From Myxococcota bacterium (GTDB taxonomy: Bacteria > UBA10199 > JACPAL01 > GCA-016699445), in assembly GCA_052033505.1 (NCBI GenBank), contig JBPOJN010000002.1, positions 7,769-71,768 on the forward strand: DNA of 64,000 nt, read 5' to 3'. Numbering within the stretch: position 1 is the stretch's first letter; each line of letters begins with the position of its first letter. A program made the translations under genes and the position numbers. Below the pieces are notes generated by a model that made no database searches, had not been told where the DNA came from, and saw only the letters and a list, made by a program, of their open reading frames with translations. Below, piece after piece: positions 28,767-38,149 of this stretch.

Positions 28767-29244
28767 CGCCGTGCAAGATACGAGGTTGGTAAAAATAATT
28801 CCATGTGGAAAATTTTAGCCAACTTTTCGAAAAATAAATTCACATCCGCGCAAGGATTCGTTGGCCCGAAAAAAATAAATGTTAGGGATCTTTCTTCATG
28901 GGAAAAAAGACGGGACGATTCAGGCCGTCCTCTTCGAGATCGGCGTCGAATGCTACGGCGTCGACGTTTTATTGCTCGATGAAATCGTTCCCATCCTGGA
29001 AATCAGTTCCATCGCGTCCTGACGCCCGAAAATTAATAGACGGATGATTCAAGCCGACATCATCATCAGGAAAATCAAGGCTGATACCACGATAGATTCG
29101 ATCATACCCGCAGAGTAGCGTGCCTCAGAGCCTTCAGAAATAGGGCTTTCCCGGGTTTTTCAACCGGGGAATCCCGCGACGCTGAGCGAAATAAAACCAT
29201 AAAAACATTACATGTGCGCTCGGATCCGTGACAGAGCGGTCCCT

Positions 29245-30126
29245 ATGAAAATGAAACCTATTGTACGATCCGCCGCCCTCCTGATCGGATTTTGCTTACC
29301 CGTCTTCATCGCCGCCGCGCAGGAGGCGCCCGAGACCGGCATCGCGCGCACACCCAAGAACTTCGTCTTTTTCCCGAAAGGCGACCTGTTTCTCCCGCTC
29401 TTGGGGGATTTGAAGGAACCTCGTTTTTCGGCGGGCGTTATTTTCTATAAAAATCCCACGCAGCATTTCGCGGCGGCCTCGGTCAGTTTCGGAGAGCGTT
29501 TCCACATCCTGCGTTATTCCCCGTTCCGGGAAAACGAAGGTCTGCAGTGGAGCATCGACGGCGGCATCGTCTCGCTTTTTAATTTCCAGACGCCGTCGGT
29601 GAACCTGATCAACGCCGATTACTTCGGCGGGCTTCCCTTGTCCTTGCGGCACAAGGCTTGGTCGTTCCGTCTGCGCCCCTATCATCAAAGTTCCCACTTG
29701 GGTGACGAGTTCCTGCTCACCTCGCGGACGCCGCGCGTGAATTTCAGCTACGAAGCCGTGGAACTCCTGTCGTCTTATGACTGGAAGACGTTGCGTTTTT
29801 ACGGGGGCGCCGAGTTCCTGATCCGTCGCAATCCCGCGCTCGATCGCTGGATCCTTCACGGCGGTGGCGAATGGTTCCATGACAAGGCGCTTTTCTGGAA
29901 GGCCTATCCGTTCGTCGCGATCGATTTGAAATCCTACGAAGAACACGATTTTTTCGTGAACACCTCGGGGAAATTGGGCGTGCAATTCCGAGGCGGTCCG
30001 GCGCGTACGAACCAAGGCCGCAGCCTTTTCGTGAGTCTGCAAGGTTATTATGGCCACTCGCCGCACGGACAATTCTATCAGGAGAAGGTTTTTTTTACGG
30101 GTCTCGATCTCACGTTCGATTTTTGA
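29245..30126 (+). CDS. Putative outer-membrane beta-barrel protein (C-terminal Phe).
   Basis: The signal peptide MKMKPIVRSAALLIGFCLPVFIAAAQE is taken from the internal ATG at 29245. The sequence has an alternating amphipathic beta-strand pattern. It ends in the terminal Phe signature …LDLTFDF. Confidence 0.55.
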   Translation: MKMKPIVRSAALLIGFCLPVFIAAAQEAPETGIARTPKNFVFFPKGDLFLPLLGDLKEPRFSAGVIFYKNPTQHFAAASVSFGERFHILRYSPFRENEGLQWSIDGGIVSLFNFQTPSVNLINADYFGGLPLSLRHKAWSFRLRPYHQSSHLGDEFLLTSRTPRVNFSYEAVELLSSYDWKTLRFYGGAEFLIRRNPALDRWILHGGGEWFHDKALFWKAYPFVAIDLKSYEEHDFFVNTSGKLGVQFRGGPARTNQGRSLFVSLQGYYGHSPHGQFYQEKVFFTGLDLTFDF

Positions 30127-30160
30127 GGATTCCCGCCCGAAAATCTGACAAAAACGCTCC

Positions 30161-30793
30161 ATGCTCAAAAGCTTCGACGACTTCCTGGCCGACAGCAACG
30201 ATCGCGGACACGTGATCGGGACCTGGGGTTTTCACTCCAACGTCGATTTTACGCGCATGCGGTCGGAAGAAACCAACGTCTGGTTTTTCGAGCAGATGTT
30301 CAATTTCCTGCGCGCGTTTTTCGGATTGGTCCTGCCAGATTCCCTCGAAATCATCACGCACAACGCGACCCAGCGCATTGAACGCAAAAACCTCGATCAA
30401 ATGACCTTTCTCGACGAGCTCATGTTGATCATGAAGAAATTGAAAGAACCGATGTGGACCGCGAAGCTGAACCTGAACATCATCGGTCTCCTGCGGACAG
30501 CGCACGATCCCGAGCATCCGATCCGTTTGCAGATCCAAGAACCCACGTCGTTCATCTGCTGGGGAGGCCCGGACGAGACGGGATTCCAGAATTTTTCGAT
30601 CGGTTACACTCTCTTCTCTTCGACCGTCCTGCAAGGCGACCACATGGAATTATGGTCGATGAATCAGCCGATTTTAGAAAAAGCTTTGAGGAAATGGGAA
30701 GAACAGACCGGCCGCATGATCGAGGTCGTGGATTCAACAGGCGGTGCGCCGGTGCATCGGTATGGATTCGGACGCGGTGGGAAGAAACGTTAA
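30161..30793 (+). CDS. Hypothetical protein (210 aa).
   Basis: ORF with coding-like composition and no recognised motif. It converges on the PP2C gene (4-nt overlap of stops). Confidence 0.45.
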   Translation: MLKSFDDFLADSNDRGHVIGTWGFHSNVDFTRMRSEETNVWFFEQMFNFLRAFFGLVLPDSLEIITHNATQRIERKNLDQMTFLDELMLIMKKLKEPMWTAKLNLNIIGLLRTAHDPEHPIRLQIQEPTSFICWGGPDETGFQNFSIGYTLFSSTVLQGDHMELWSMNQPILEKALRKWEEQTGRMIEVVDSTGGAPVHRYGFGRGGKKR

Positions 30794-32502
30794 GTCTGCC
30801 GTCTCACAACTCTCATTCCACGTGATGTGATTCTTTCGGCCGTGTTGTCGCCGCCATCGCGAACTTTTTCCAAAGGACGATAGGCCAATGGCCACTGTTT
30901 AGACTCTGATTCTCCGTTAGCCTCAGGTACGATGATGACCAGCAAGGTGCGGTTGTCGTTGACCGGTGGCGGCAGAACGATGCCGCTTAATGCCTGCGAG
31001 GCCTGGGAGAGTTCGGGGCTCTGACTCAGAGGTTCGCTCGGGCGATGAATGAGATGGTCGATCACTTTCGCAAATTCGTGTGCCGGAACCACGTGTAAGA
31101 TCTGTTCGAATATCTTAAAAAGATCCCGGTGCGGAAAATTGCGATGAAAATGCCTGCGGATTTCAGAGGAAAGGTGCGTCTCGAAATGCTCGATCAAACT
31201 TCCCGCGAGACCGTCTGACATTGCCACTACGATGCTGCCGGCTTTCGCTTTAGCGCGGTAGATCTTAGGGTTGCGCTGCAATGCGGAATTCGTGATGTAT
31301 TTTTCCGGAGATACCTGTGCATCGGTATAGCCTTCGATACGCACCGTTTCTTCCTCGAAGACAAAAAGAAATAAGGGTGAATCTCCGGACGAGGCGATGC
31401 TCATTTCCTCGTTAACGATCAAAAAGCTCGTCGCGACCGTGTTAGGAGTAGACCGTTCGTCGTCTGCGTCGATTTCCGAGGTGTGAAAACGCGACTGACT
31501 TTCTGTCGCCAGGCTGCCAGCATCATGAACGTCTTCAATGAGGGGCAATCGGTTTTCGCGGAGATGTTTCAAAAGTTCAGCGTGACTTCCTTGGCAAAAA
31601 GCGCTTGAAGCCACTTCGCCAATCGCATTGCCCCCCACTCCATCAGCGACAATCCCGTAAGACACCGTATCGCCGGACTGAGTGACGAAATGAGAATAAA
31701 ATAAACTGTCCTCTTGATGGGCGCGGCCTCCGGTGAGCGTGAATCCATAGACTCCGGCCTGTTCGTCGAGAATCCGAGCTTCGGCGCCCCCGCCCACGAT
31801 GCGAGCCTTGCCGTATTTCACAAAGGCTAGGGCCTTTAAGTCCACTTCCTGGTCGATATACGATACAATTTTTTCGGTACGGGGATTGGTACCGCCAAAA
31901 TAAAGGCTTCGCGGAGTTCCATGAGTGACCGTGGGCTTTGAAGCGCGATGCGGAACTTCCTCTAACATTTGTGATATTTGATAAAGCCTGGGTTGATCTT
32001 TCGTGTGAAGAATTCCCCCGCATAGCAGGTGAGTCATTCCTATTTCGAGTGCGTAAAGAGCAAGTTCTGCGTGATCAGGATGGTTTAGAAAAAAAAGACT
32101 TCCTGACTTCATCAAGGACGGTGCGAGATAGGTAGATTCCAGCCATAGCCCTAGATATTTTTTTTTCACATATTCGTCGACATTGACTGTCGGCAACTTG
32201 AGATCCGAAAGCGCATGATAGTGTAAGTTCAGCTCAGGGCCTCTGATCACGAGACTTGTTGCATCGCTTGCCGCATCGCAGCGAAGTGCCAAAGGAGGTT
32301 TGATGCCCGCGGCGAAGGTCAATCTAGGGATTTGGGTCTTTTCAAAAGACGCTATGCCGGAATCACCGCGTAACCCCAGCCATTCGACTAAAAAAAGGTT
32401 GGGATCGTTAGGTAATCCAAGATTCTCAGAAATTAATCGCTCTCTACGAGAAATAGAGGGCAATCGGCTCAGATTTCGTAATGCCAAAGGCGTCCAATGC
32501 AT
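30790..32502 (-). CDS. PP2C-family (PPM) Ser/Thr protein phosphatase with a ~220-aa N-terminal domain of unknown function.
   Basis: The C-terminal half carries PPM motifs: GVYGFTLTGGRAHQEDSLF, GIVADGVGGNAIGEVAS, TVATSFLIV, ASSGDSPLFL and VAMSDGL. Confidence 0.75.
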   Translation of the reverse strand: MHWTPLALRNLSRLPSISRRERLISENLGLPNDPNLFLVEWLGLRGDSGIASFEKTQIPRLTFAAGIKPPLALRCDAASDATSLVIRGPELNLHYHALSDLKLPTVNVDEYVKKKYLGLWLESTYLAPSLMKSGSLFFLNHPDHAELALYALEIGMTHLLCGGILHTKDQPRLYQISQMLEEVPHRASKPTVTHGTPRSLYFGGTNPRTEKIVSYIDQEVDLKALAFVKYGKARIVGGGAEARILDEQAGVYGFTLTGGRAHQEDSLFYSHFVTQSGDTVSYGIVADGVGGNAIGEVASSAFCQGSHAELLKHLRENRLPLIEDVHDAGSLATESQSRFHTSEIDADDERSTPNTVATSFLIVNEEMSIASSGDSPLFLFVFEEETVRIEGYTDAQVSPEKYITNSALQRNPKIYRAKAKAGSIVVAMSDGLAGSLIEHFETHLSSEIRRHFHRNFPHRDLFKIFEQILHVVPAHEFAKVIDHLIHRPSEPLSQSPELSQASQALSGIVLPPPVNDNRTLLVIIVPEANGESESKQWPLAYRPLEKVRDGGDNTAERITSRGMRVVRRQT

Positions 32503-32535
32503 GGCCCTGGTATCGAGTTTGGATAAAAAATGTTG

Positions 32536-34515
32536 CTACTTCGCTTTTGATCCACTGGCGATTTGCGGACGGTCTAGGGTGAGGATTGAAAGTCCTGAAG
32601 GATCGCTGGCGGCGAGTAGCATCCCATGGGATTCGACGCCCCTGATTTTTGCGGGTTTGAGGTTTGCGATCAGCACGATCTTTTTGCCGATCAATTCTTC
32701 ACAGGTATAATTCTGTGCGATGCCGGAGACGATTTGGCGGGTTTCTCCGCCTAAGTCGAGTTGGAGTTTGAGCAGCCGGTCGGCGCCTTCGACCTTTTCC
32801 GCCTGTTTGACCTCAGCGATGCGCAGGTCGATTTTGGCGAAGTCGGCGATGTCTATTAATTCGGTAGTGGTCGTTGCAGCTTCCATTTTCTTATCTCCAG
32901 TAGGTGAAGCCCTCTCTCCCATGGGGGGAGAGGGTTGGGGTGAGGGGGTTATTGCCGAGGGGGCAAGTTCAATCCGCGGAAAAATCGGCTGACCCGCCCC
33001 GACTTTTAAATCAGGCGTGGCGGACCAGGCGATGTTTTTGAAATTTTGGTTTTTGAAATCTTTGAGGCCCAATTGTTCCCATATCTTTTGGGCCGATCCG
33101 GGGATGAACGGGGAGACTAAGACCGCGATGTTCCGGACTGTATCCAGCACATTGTATAAGACGCGCTGGATATCGGATTTCTTGTTTTCCTTCTCCAATT
33201 TCCAGGGCGCACACGTGTCGATGTATTTGTCGGCCGCCGCTACTACTTCCCAGATCGCGGCCAAGGCCTTGTGGAAATTTACGTCGCCGGATTTTTCATA
33301 ATCCATTTCCTGGCGTACTTTTCCCAGGACGCCTTCGGCCATGGTTTTCAATTTTCCGTCTTCTTCGTTCGCGGCCGTAACTTCCGGTTTGGAAACGGCT
33401 CCGTCCAAGTATTTCGTCGCCATGCCGAGCGTGCGGTTGAGCAGGTTGCCCAGATCGTTCGCGAGGTCGCTGTTGAAGCGCTTGATGAAATTATCCCAGG
33501 TGAAATCCCCGTCGGAGCCGAAGCTCGATTCGCGCAGCAAGTAGTAGCGCAAGGCGTCCGCCCCGTATTTCGGCACGATATCGAGAGGCGTTACGACGTT
33601 CCCCAGGCTCTTACTCATTTTTTCGCCTTTTAAATACACGAAGCCGTGTCCGAAGACGGTTTGCGGCAACGGAAGTCCTGCACTGATGAGCATCGCAGGC
33701 CAGATCACGCAGTGGAAGCGCGTGATGTCTTTACCCACGACATGGAGATCCGCGGGCCACAGCCTTCGGCGGTTTTCTTTTTCCTTTTCGGTAGTTCCAC
33801 CGAACCCGATGGCGCTCAAATAATTCACCAACGCGTCAAACCAGACGTAGACCGCGTGCGAAGGTTTGTCGGGAAACGGGATACCCCAGGCCAAATTCGC
33901 GCGCGAAACGCTGATGTCTTGAAGCTCCGTCTCGACGAAGCGCACGACTTCGTTCCTACGGATCTTTGGTAGGATGAAATCGGGATGGTCTTCGTAATAT
34001 CGGAGCAGCCGCTCGCGGTAGGCGGACAGGCGGAAGAAGAAATTCTTTTCCTTGAGCCATTTGGGCTTCGTCTTGTGATTCGGGCAGAGGCCGTCGACCA
34101 AGTCTTTTTCGGTCTGGAAGGCCTCGCAGGACTCGCAGTACCAGCCTTCGTATTCTTTCTCGAAGATGTCGTCGGGATTGTTCTTGCGCACTATGTCGAT
34201 GAACGCCTTCACGCCCGCGTGATGCCGCGGCTCGGAGGTCTGGATGAAATCGTCGTAAGAAATATCGAGCGACTTCCAGATTGATTCGAACTTCCCGCGC
34301 ATATCGTCGCAGTATTTTTTCGGATCGAGACCGTTCTTGTCGGCTTCCTTTTTGACGTTTGCGCTGTGCTCGTCGTTGCCCATCTGTAAGCGGACGTCAT
34401 AGCCGTCGAGCCGCTTGAAGCGCGCGATCGCATCGGCCGCGACCTTTTCATAGGCCGTGCCGAGATGCGGGAGGCTGTTGACGTAGTCGATGGCGGTGGT
34501 GATGTAGAATTTCAT
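32536..34515 (-). CDS. metG: Methionine--tRNA ligase with a C-terminal EMAP/Trbp111-like tRNA-binding domain.
   Basis: The sequence from the internal ATG at 34515 is MKFYITTAIDYVNSLPHLGTAYE… (class I HIGH region). The KMSKS region is GEKMSKSLGNVV. The C-terminal domain DFAKIDLRIAEVKQAEKVEGADRLLKLQLDLGGETRQIVSGIA… is tRNA_bind. Confidence 0.9.
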   Translation of the reverse strand: MKFYITTAIDYVNSLPHLGTAYEKVAADAIARFKRLDGYDVRLQMGNDEHSANVKKEADKNGLDPKKYCDDMRGKFESIWKSLDISYDDFIQTSEPRHHAGVKAFIDIVRKNNPDDIFEKEYEGWYCESCEAFQTEKDLVDGLCPNHKTKPKWLKEKNFFFRLSAYRERLLRYYEDHPDFILPKIRRNEVVRFVETELQDISVSRANLAWGIPFPDKPSHAVYVWFDALVNYLSAIGFGGTTEKEKENRRRLWPADLHVVGKDITRFHCVIWPAMLISAGLPLPQTVFGHGFVYLKGEKMSKSLGNVVTPLDIVPKYGADALRYYLLRESSFGSDGDFTWDNFIKRFNSDLANDLGNLLNRTLGMATKYLDGAVSKPEVTAANEEDGKLKTMAEGVLGKVRQEMDYEKSGDVNFHKALAAIWEVVAAADKYIDTCAPWKLEKENKKSDIQRVLYNVLDTVRNIAVLVSPFIPGSAQKIWEQLGLKDFKNQNFKNIAWSATPDLKVGAGQPIFPRIELAPSAITPSPQPSPPMGERASPTGDKKMEAATTTTELIDIADFAKIDLRIAEVKQAEKVEGADRLLKLQLDLGGETRQIVSGIAQNYTCEELIGKKIVLIANLKPAKIRGVESHGMLLAASDPSGLSILTLDRPQIASGSKAK

Positions 34516-34531
34516 AATCCAGAAGCTCGGG

Positions 34532-35365
34532 TTATTGGAGTAATTGGGAGAAAAGCCTCTCGAGCGCAAGCGTCTTGTTCACGTTGCCTTCGATCGCGCG
34601 TTCCGTTTCCAATATCAGGTCCATGTTCTCGAAAACCTCTTCGGCTGATTTCCGTGCCGACAATTTTTTAAGTTTTTCCCGGGCCTGCGGCAGGATCGTG
34701 TGCGTGACGGCGTCTTCGGGGGAGGTGAGGGTCAAGACCGACAGGTCCCTCCACAACGCTTTCAACGTCTCGAAAAGATCCGCCATCCGGTCGCCTTGCG
34801 AGGACAGCGACTCCGCAAGCAAGGACGCGGTCGCGAAAGGTTTTCCGGTTTGAAAAAAGAGGGGGGAGAGTTCGTTCTCCCAGGCCGTATAAAGTGTCTC
34901 GAAATTCTGAAGCAGCCGCTCGCGCGGAATCGACAATTGCAACCGCTGGCAACGCGAGCGTATCGTCGCCAGAACTTCGTCGGGTCGCCGCGTCGTCAAT
35001 ATAAAGACCGTTGTTTCGGACGGCTCTTCCAGGGTTTTGAGCAGGGCATTCGCCGCACCGACCGTCATGAGATCAATGTCTTCGATCAGTACGACGATGC
35101 GCGCGGCTTGGAAGGGTTTCAGCGAAAGTCGCGAGATCAAATCACGGACGCTTTCGATCTTAATGGCGTTTTTTTCGGGCCCAATCCTCAAAAAATCCGG
35201 ATGATGTGTCAACGGACTGCCGAGGGCGCTTTCGGCTAGGCTCTCGGAGTCGGCTTGGAGCGTTTCCGCATCGGCTCCGCAGAGCAGCAAGGCTTGCGGA
35301 GTTTTTTGCGAAGCGTCGCTAAATCTTTTTTTCCAGAGCGCGACCGAGGTTTCGGCTGACGTCAT
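34532..35365 (-). CDS. holB: DNA polymerase III delta-prime subunit.
   Basis: Shows the …AANALLKTLEEPSETTVFILTT… and RSRCQRLQL… motifs of the clamp-loader delta-prime subunit. The start is uncertain (35365/35395/35431); it overlaps the tmk 3' end, as is common. Confidence 0.8.
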   Translation of the reverse strand: MTSAETSVALWKKRFSDASQKTPQALLLCGADAETLQADSESLAESALGSPLTHHPDFLRIGPEKNAIKIESVRDLISRLSLKPFQAARIVVLIEDIDLMTVGAANALLKTLEEPSETTVFILTTRRPDEVLATIRSRCQRLQLSIPRERLLQNFETLYTAWENELSPLFFQTGKPFATASLLAESLSSQGDRMADLFETLKALWRDLSVLTLTSPEDAVTHTILPQAREKLKKLSARKSAEEVFENMDLILETERAIEGNVNKTLALERLFSQLLQ

Positions 35366-35990
35366 GGAAGATGGCTTCTGGGGATCGACGGGCATCGAGG
35401 ACCTTAAAGCGGTTCTTATCTTGGCGCGCAAGGCTTAAGAAGCCTTGGCGGACTCTTTCGTGAAACCGCTTCGACTCGAGATCAATACGGTCCATGGCCC
35501 GGGAACGGGAACGCGCGCGCCGCAATCCTTCCGTGACGGGCAGATCGAAAAGAAACGTAAGATGCGGAAGGAGTCCACCAGAGGCGATGCGATTCAAGGC
35601 GACGATTCTGGCGACCGGAAGCCCGCGCCCATAACCCTGGTAAGCCACCGTCGAATCGGTAAAGCGGTCACAGAGGATGATCGCTTTACGACGCAAAGCC
35701 GGTCGTAAGACGTCTTCGACATGATCCCGTCGTGCGGCCTCATACAAAAAAAGCTCCGTCTCCGGGTCTATGCGCGAAGAAATGGTCAGTAATTTTTCCC
35801 GGATCCGATCCGCCAGCGGTGTTCCCCCGGGCTCCCGCGTGAGCAAGATCTCACGGTCAGGCAGGCGGGATCGAAGCCACTCATAGGCCTTCTGGATCTG
35901 GGTCGATTTTCCCGACCCTTCGACGCCCTCAAAGGTGACGAAAACACCCGTAAAGGACTTTTTGTTTTTAGGAGTGCGCTTTTGAGGCAT
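35319..35990 (-). CDS. tmk: Thymidylate kinase.
   Basis: Has the P-loop GVFVTFEGVEGSGKSTQ, the …LTREPGGTP… motif, and a length of 223 aa. Confidence 0.9.
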   Translation of the reverse strand: MPQKRTPKNKKSFTGVFVTFEGVEGSGKSTQIQKAYEWLRSRLPDREILLTREPGGTPLADRIREKLLTISSRIDPETELFLYEAARRDHVEDVLRPALRRKAIILCDRFTDSTVAYQGYGRGLPVARIVALNRIASGGLLPHLTFLFDLPVTEGLRRARSRSRAMDRIDLESKRFHERVRQGFLSLARQDKNRFKVLDARRSPEAIFHDVSRNLGRALEKKI

Positions 35991-36176
35991 TATAAGGAGA
36001 TAGGTGTTTCTCGAAAAAACTGAATTATTTCAATGGTTTTTAGAGATTTGACCCCATGCGTCCAAAAAACATCCTGGGAAAACTTCAAAAAAAGGAATAA
36101 AATCAAGCCTCTTGGCAACTTGTGCGGGCGGGGTCTTCGATAATTCCCGGACAAGGGCTAAACTTAAGGAGATTTT

Positions 36177-36398
36177 ATGGCGATCGAACAGATCCGAAAT
36201 CAGAAAAGTGCCGAGTCTGCAGCCGCCGTTTCTTTCGGTGCCGGCGTCGCCAATGACAATCAGAAAAATCCCGTGATCGAAAGGTCCGATGCGAAGGCCG
36301 AGGCCGTTGTGAAAGCCGCTTTTCAGAGCTTGATCCGTCCCAATGATAATAAAGTTATTTCTTTCCCGGTCGCCGGCCTGTTCGCGAAGAAAAAGTAA
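36177..36398 (+). CDS. Small hydrophilic protein (73 aa) of unknown function.
   Basis: Strong RBS (taaggagattttATG). It is sandwiched on the opposite strand between tmk and the RES toxin gene, and is Ala/Lys-rich. Confidence 0.45.
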   Translation: MAIEQIRNQKSAESAAAVSFGAGVANDNQKNPVIERSDAKAEAVVKAAFQSLIRPNDNKVISFPVAGLFAKKK

Positions 36399-36400
36399 GT

Positions 36401-37129
36401 CTAACCCTTCGGCCAGTACACTTCGTTTCCGTCCTTCCCCAGTACGCATTTCACGCACAAGAGATGTCCATGGTCTTTCCGTATGATTTTCCGGTCGAAG
36501 ATCGGCGTGCACACGCCTTGTTCCCGCCGTGCGGACGGGGCGCGTAGAAGTTGAGCGCCTTGATCATGGCATTGGATCGCCAAGCTTTGACAATAGGGAT
36601 AGCCGGATTCTTCCCCGGGATTTTCCTGAGAAAGCAGCTTCCTGCGTTCGAGATTTTTTTGCTCCGCGGCACTCAGCAGATCTACCGCCTTGTCCGTCAC
36701 CAATCTTAAGGAAACGATCTTGAGATCGATCGAGACGGGGCCCCGCGCGATCTCTTCCTTCATGAAAATTCGTTTGTGGTAGAGCGATTCGGCGACCGAC
36801 GTGTCTTTCGTTTCGGCGGCATAGAGCACGGGGAAGCTTCCGTCCGAATAGCGGCTTTTATACCAATTTTGCGGCAAAAATTTCGACGAGATTTCTTCTT
36901 GGATGATCTGATCCGTCGATCGTCCCAAGACCCTTTCCAGCCGATCCATGGTTTCCGGAAAATTTTCGCAGTAATAATTCGACTTCAACCCCTCGCGTTC
37001 GCGCGCGTCGTCGAGCAAATCGTCGAAGAGTTCCTGTGAGGGATGGGCGGTCGAGAACGCGCGGAAGGCGTCCCTGTCGTAGGTGACGAAATCGAAAACA
37101 AAGGGCTTATCTTCAACGAGTGCGTTCAT
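36401..37129 (-). CDS. RES-domain toxin (MbcT/ParT-like, predicted NAD+-consuming toxin).
   Basis: …SRYSDGSFPVLYAAETKDTSVAESLYH… carries the R…Y…E…S…H pattern of the RES domain. The gene lies immediately downstream of, and overlaps by 17 nt, a DUF2384/Xre-like antitoxin gene. Confidence 0.75.
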   Translation of the reverse strand: MNALVEDKPFVFDFVTYDRDAFRAFSTAHPSQELFDDLLDDAREREGLKSNYYCENFPETMDRLERVLGRSTDQIIQEEISSKFLPQNWYKSRYSDGSFPVLYAAETKDTSVAESLYHKRIFMKEEIARGPVSIDLKIVSLRLVTDKAVDLLSAAEQKNLERRKLLSQENPGEESGYPYCQSLAIQCHDQGAQLLRAPSARREQGVCTPIFDRKIIRKDHGHLLCVKCVLGKDGNEVYWPKG

Positions 37130-37517
37130 GGTCTAAGTACCGCCGGATCGCGGAGATGCCAGTCTTGCCGTCGGTGAGCATGATGTCCAAGGCGGAGTGT
37201 CCGCCGAAGCGTTCGCGCGGGACCTTGATCCAGCGGTAAACTAAGTCACGCTGGTTCGGAAATAAGATGCGTAGGGATTTGTGGATGTTCAGCAGGTCTT
37301 GGACCCTTTCGAATTTATCGCGATCAAAGGGTAGGGAGTGGCCTTTGTACAGATTGTCGATGCGGGTGCGGTGGATTTTATAGCTCCAGCCCAAGAGCTG
37401 CGCGATTTCTTCGTTCGAGAGTTCCCAGTGCTCCATCAAACGGCAAAACGCCTTGCTGAAAACGGGATGTTTCTCTGCGTTCGTCACGGATTCAGGTTCC
37501 GGAATCACAAGTCCCAT
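37113..37517 (-). CDS. Xre/MbcA/ParS-type antitoxin (DUF2384 toxin-binding domain).
   Basis: Has an HTH-like N-terminus (…WELSNEEIAQLLGWSY…). The C-terminal …FGGHSALDIMLTDGKTGISAIRRYLDHERTR matches the DUF2384 consensus (GGxSPLxLLxTxxGxxxVxxxL…). Confidence 0.75.
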   Translation of the reverse strand: MGLVIPEPESVTNAEKHPVFSKAFCRLMEHWELSNEEIAQLLGWSYKIHRTRIDNLYKGHSLPFDRDKFERVQDLLNIHKSLRILFPNQRDLVYRWIKVPRERFGGHSALDIMLTDGKTGISAIRRYLDHERTR

Positions 37518-37535
37518 AGGAAAAGCTTAGGATAA

Positions 37536-37652
37536 AAACAGTGTCTTTTCAAGCGTTAATTAATAAATTAAATATAAGTATATGATATTATTAATAATAA
37601 AATATGTGTTTTTATACATTATAAACAAAAAGAGATAAGTTGGAGTTTTAGA
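37536..37652. promoter_or_regulatory. Extremely AT-rich (~15% GC) divergent promoter island between the RES-Xre toxin-antitoxin operon and the FKBP gene.
   Basis: gcgttaattaataaattaaatataagtatatgatattattaataataaaatatgtgtttttatacattataaac. It contains several TATAAT-like hexamers and short inverted A/T repeats. The neighbouring DNA is ~60% GC. Confidence 0.5.
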
Positions 37653-37700
37653 TTGTTGCAGGAGACGCTTTCGCTTAGGAAGGAGCCATCAGGAGAAAAC

Positions 37701-38126
37701 ATGAAAAAATTTCTGACGATGGCAATGCTGAGTTTGTCCGCTTTGTTTTTAAAAACCGCTCCGGCGGGTGCCGCTCCCGTGACGACGCCGACAGGTCTTC
37801 AATATACGGATGTCAAAGTCGGTACCGGTGCCGAAGCCGCCGCGGGCAAGGTCGTGTCCGTGCATTATACCGGTTGGCTCAATGATAAAGGCGCGAAGGG
37901 TAAGAAGTTCGACAGCTCTCTCGATCGCAAAATGGCTTTTGAATTCCCCCTGGGAGCGCATCGCGTGATCGCCGGTTGGGACGAAGGTGTCGCCGGTATG
38001 AAAGTGGGCGGCAAGAGGACGTTGATGATCCCGGCAAAATTAGGCTACGGGCCGCGCGGCGCGGGAGACGTGATCCCGCCGAACGCCGATCTCATCTTCG
38101 ACGTGGAACTCCTGGCGGTAAAATAG
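37701..38126 (+). CDS. Periplasmic FKBP-type peptidyl-prolyl cis-trans isomerase.
   Basis: The RBS aggaga lies 4 nt upstream of ATG 37701. Begins with the signal peptide MKKFLTMAMLSLSALFLKTAPAGA. The FKBP core is …GLQYTDVKVGTGAEAAAGKVVSVHYTGWLNDKGAKGKKFDSS…FEFPLGAHRVIAGWDEGVAGMKVGGKRTLMIPAKLGYGPRGAGDVIPPNADLIFDVELLAV. Confidence 0.9.
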   Translation: MKKFLTMAMLSLSALFLKTAPAGAAPVTTPTGLQYTDVKVGTGAEAAAGKVVSVHYTGWLNDKGAKGKKFDSSLDRKMAFEFPLGAHRVIAGWDEGVAGMKVGGKRTLMIPAKLGYGPRGAGDVIPPNADLIFDVELLAVK

Positions 38127-38149
38127 CTGGGGAATAAAAGTGAAGCGGC

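Noticed and set aside
36030-36512. 160-aa minus-strand ORF spanning the tmk/RES-toxin intergenic region.
   Set aside because: It overlaps the 3' end of the RES toxin gene and the better-supported + strand small ORF with a strong RBS. There is no RBS or conserved motif.
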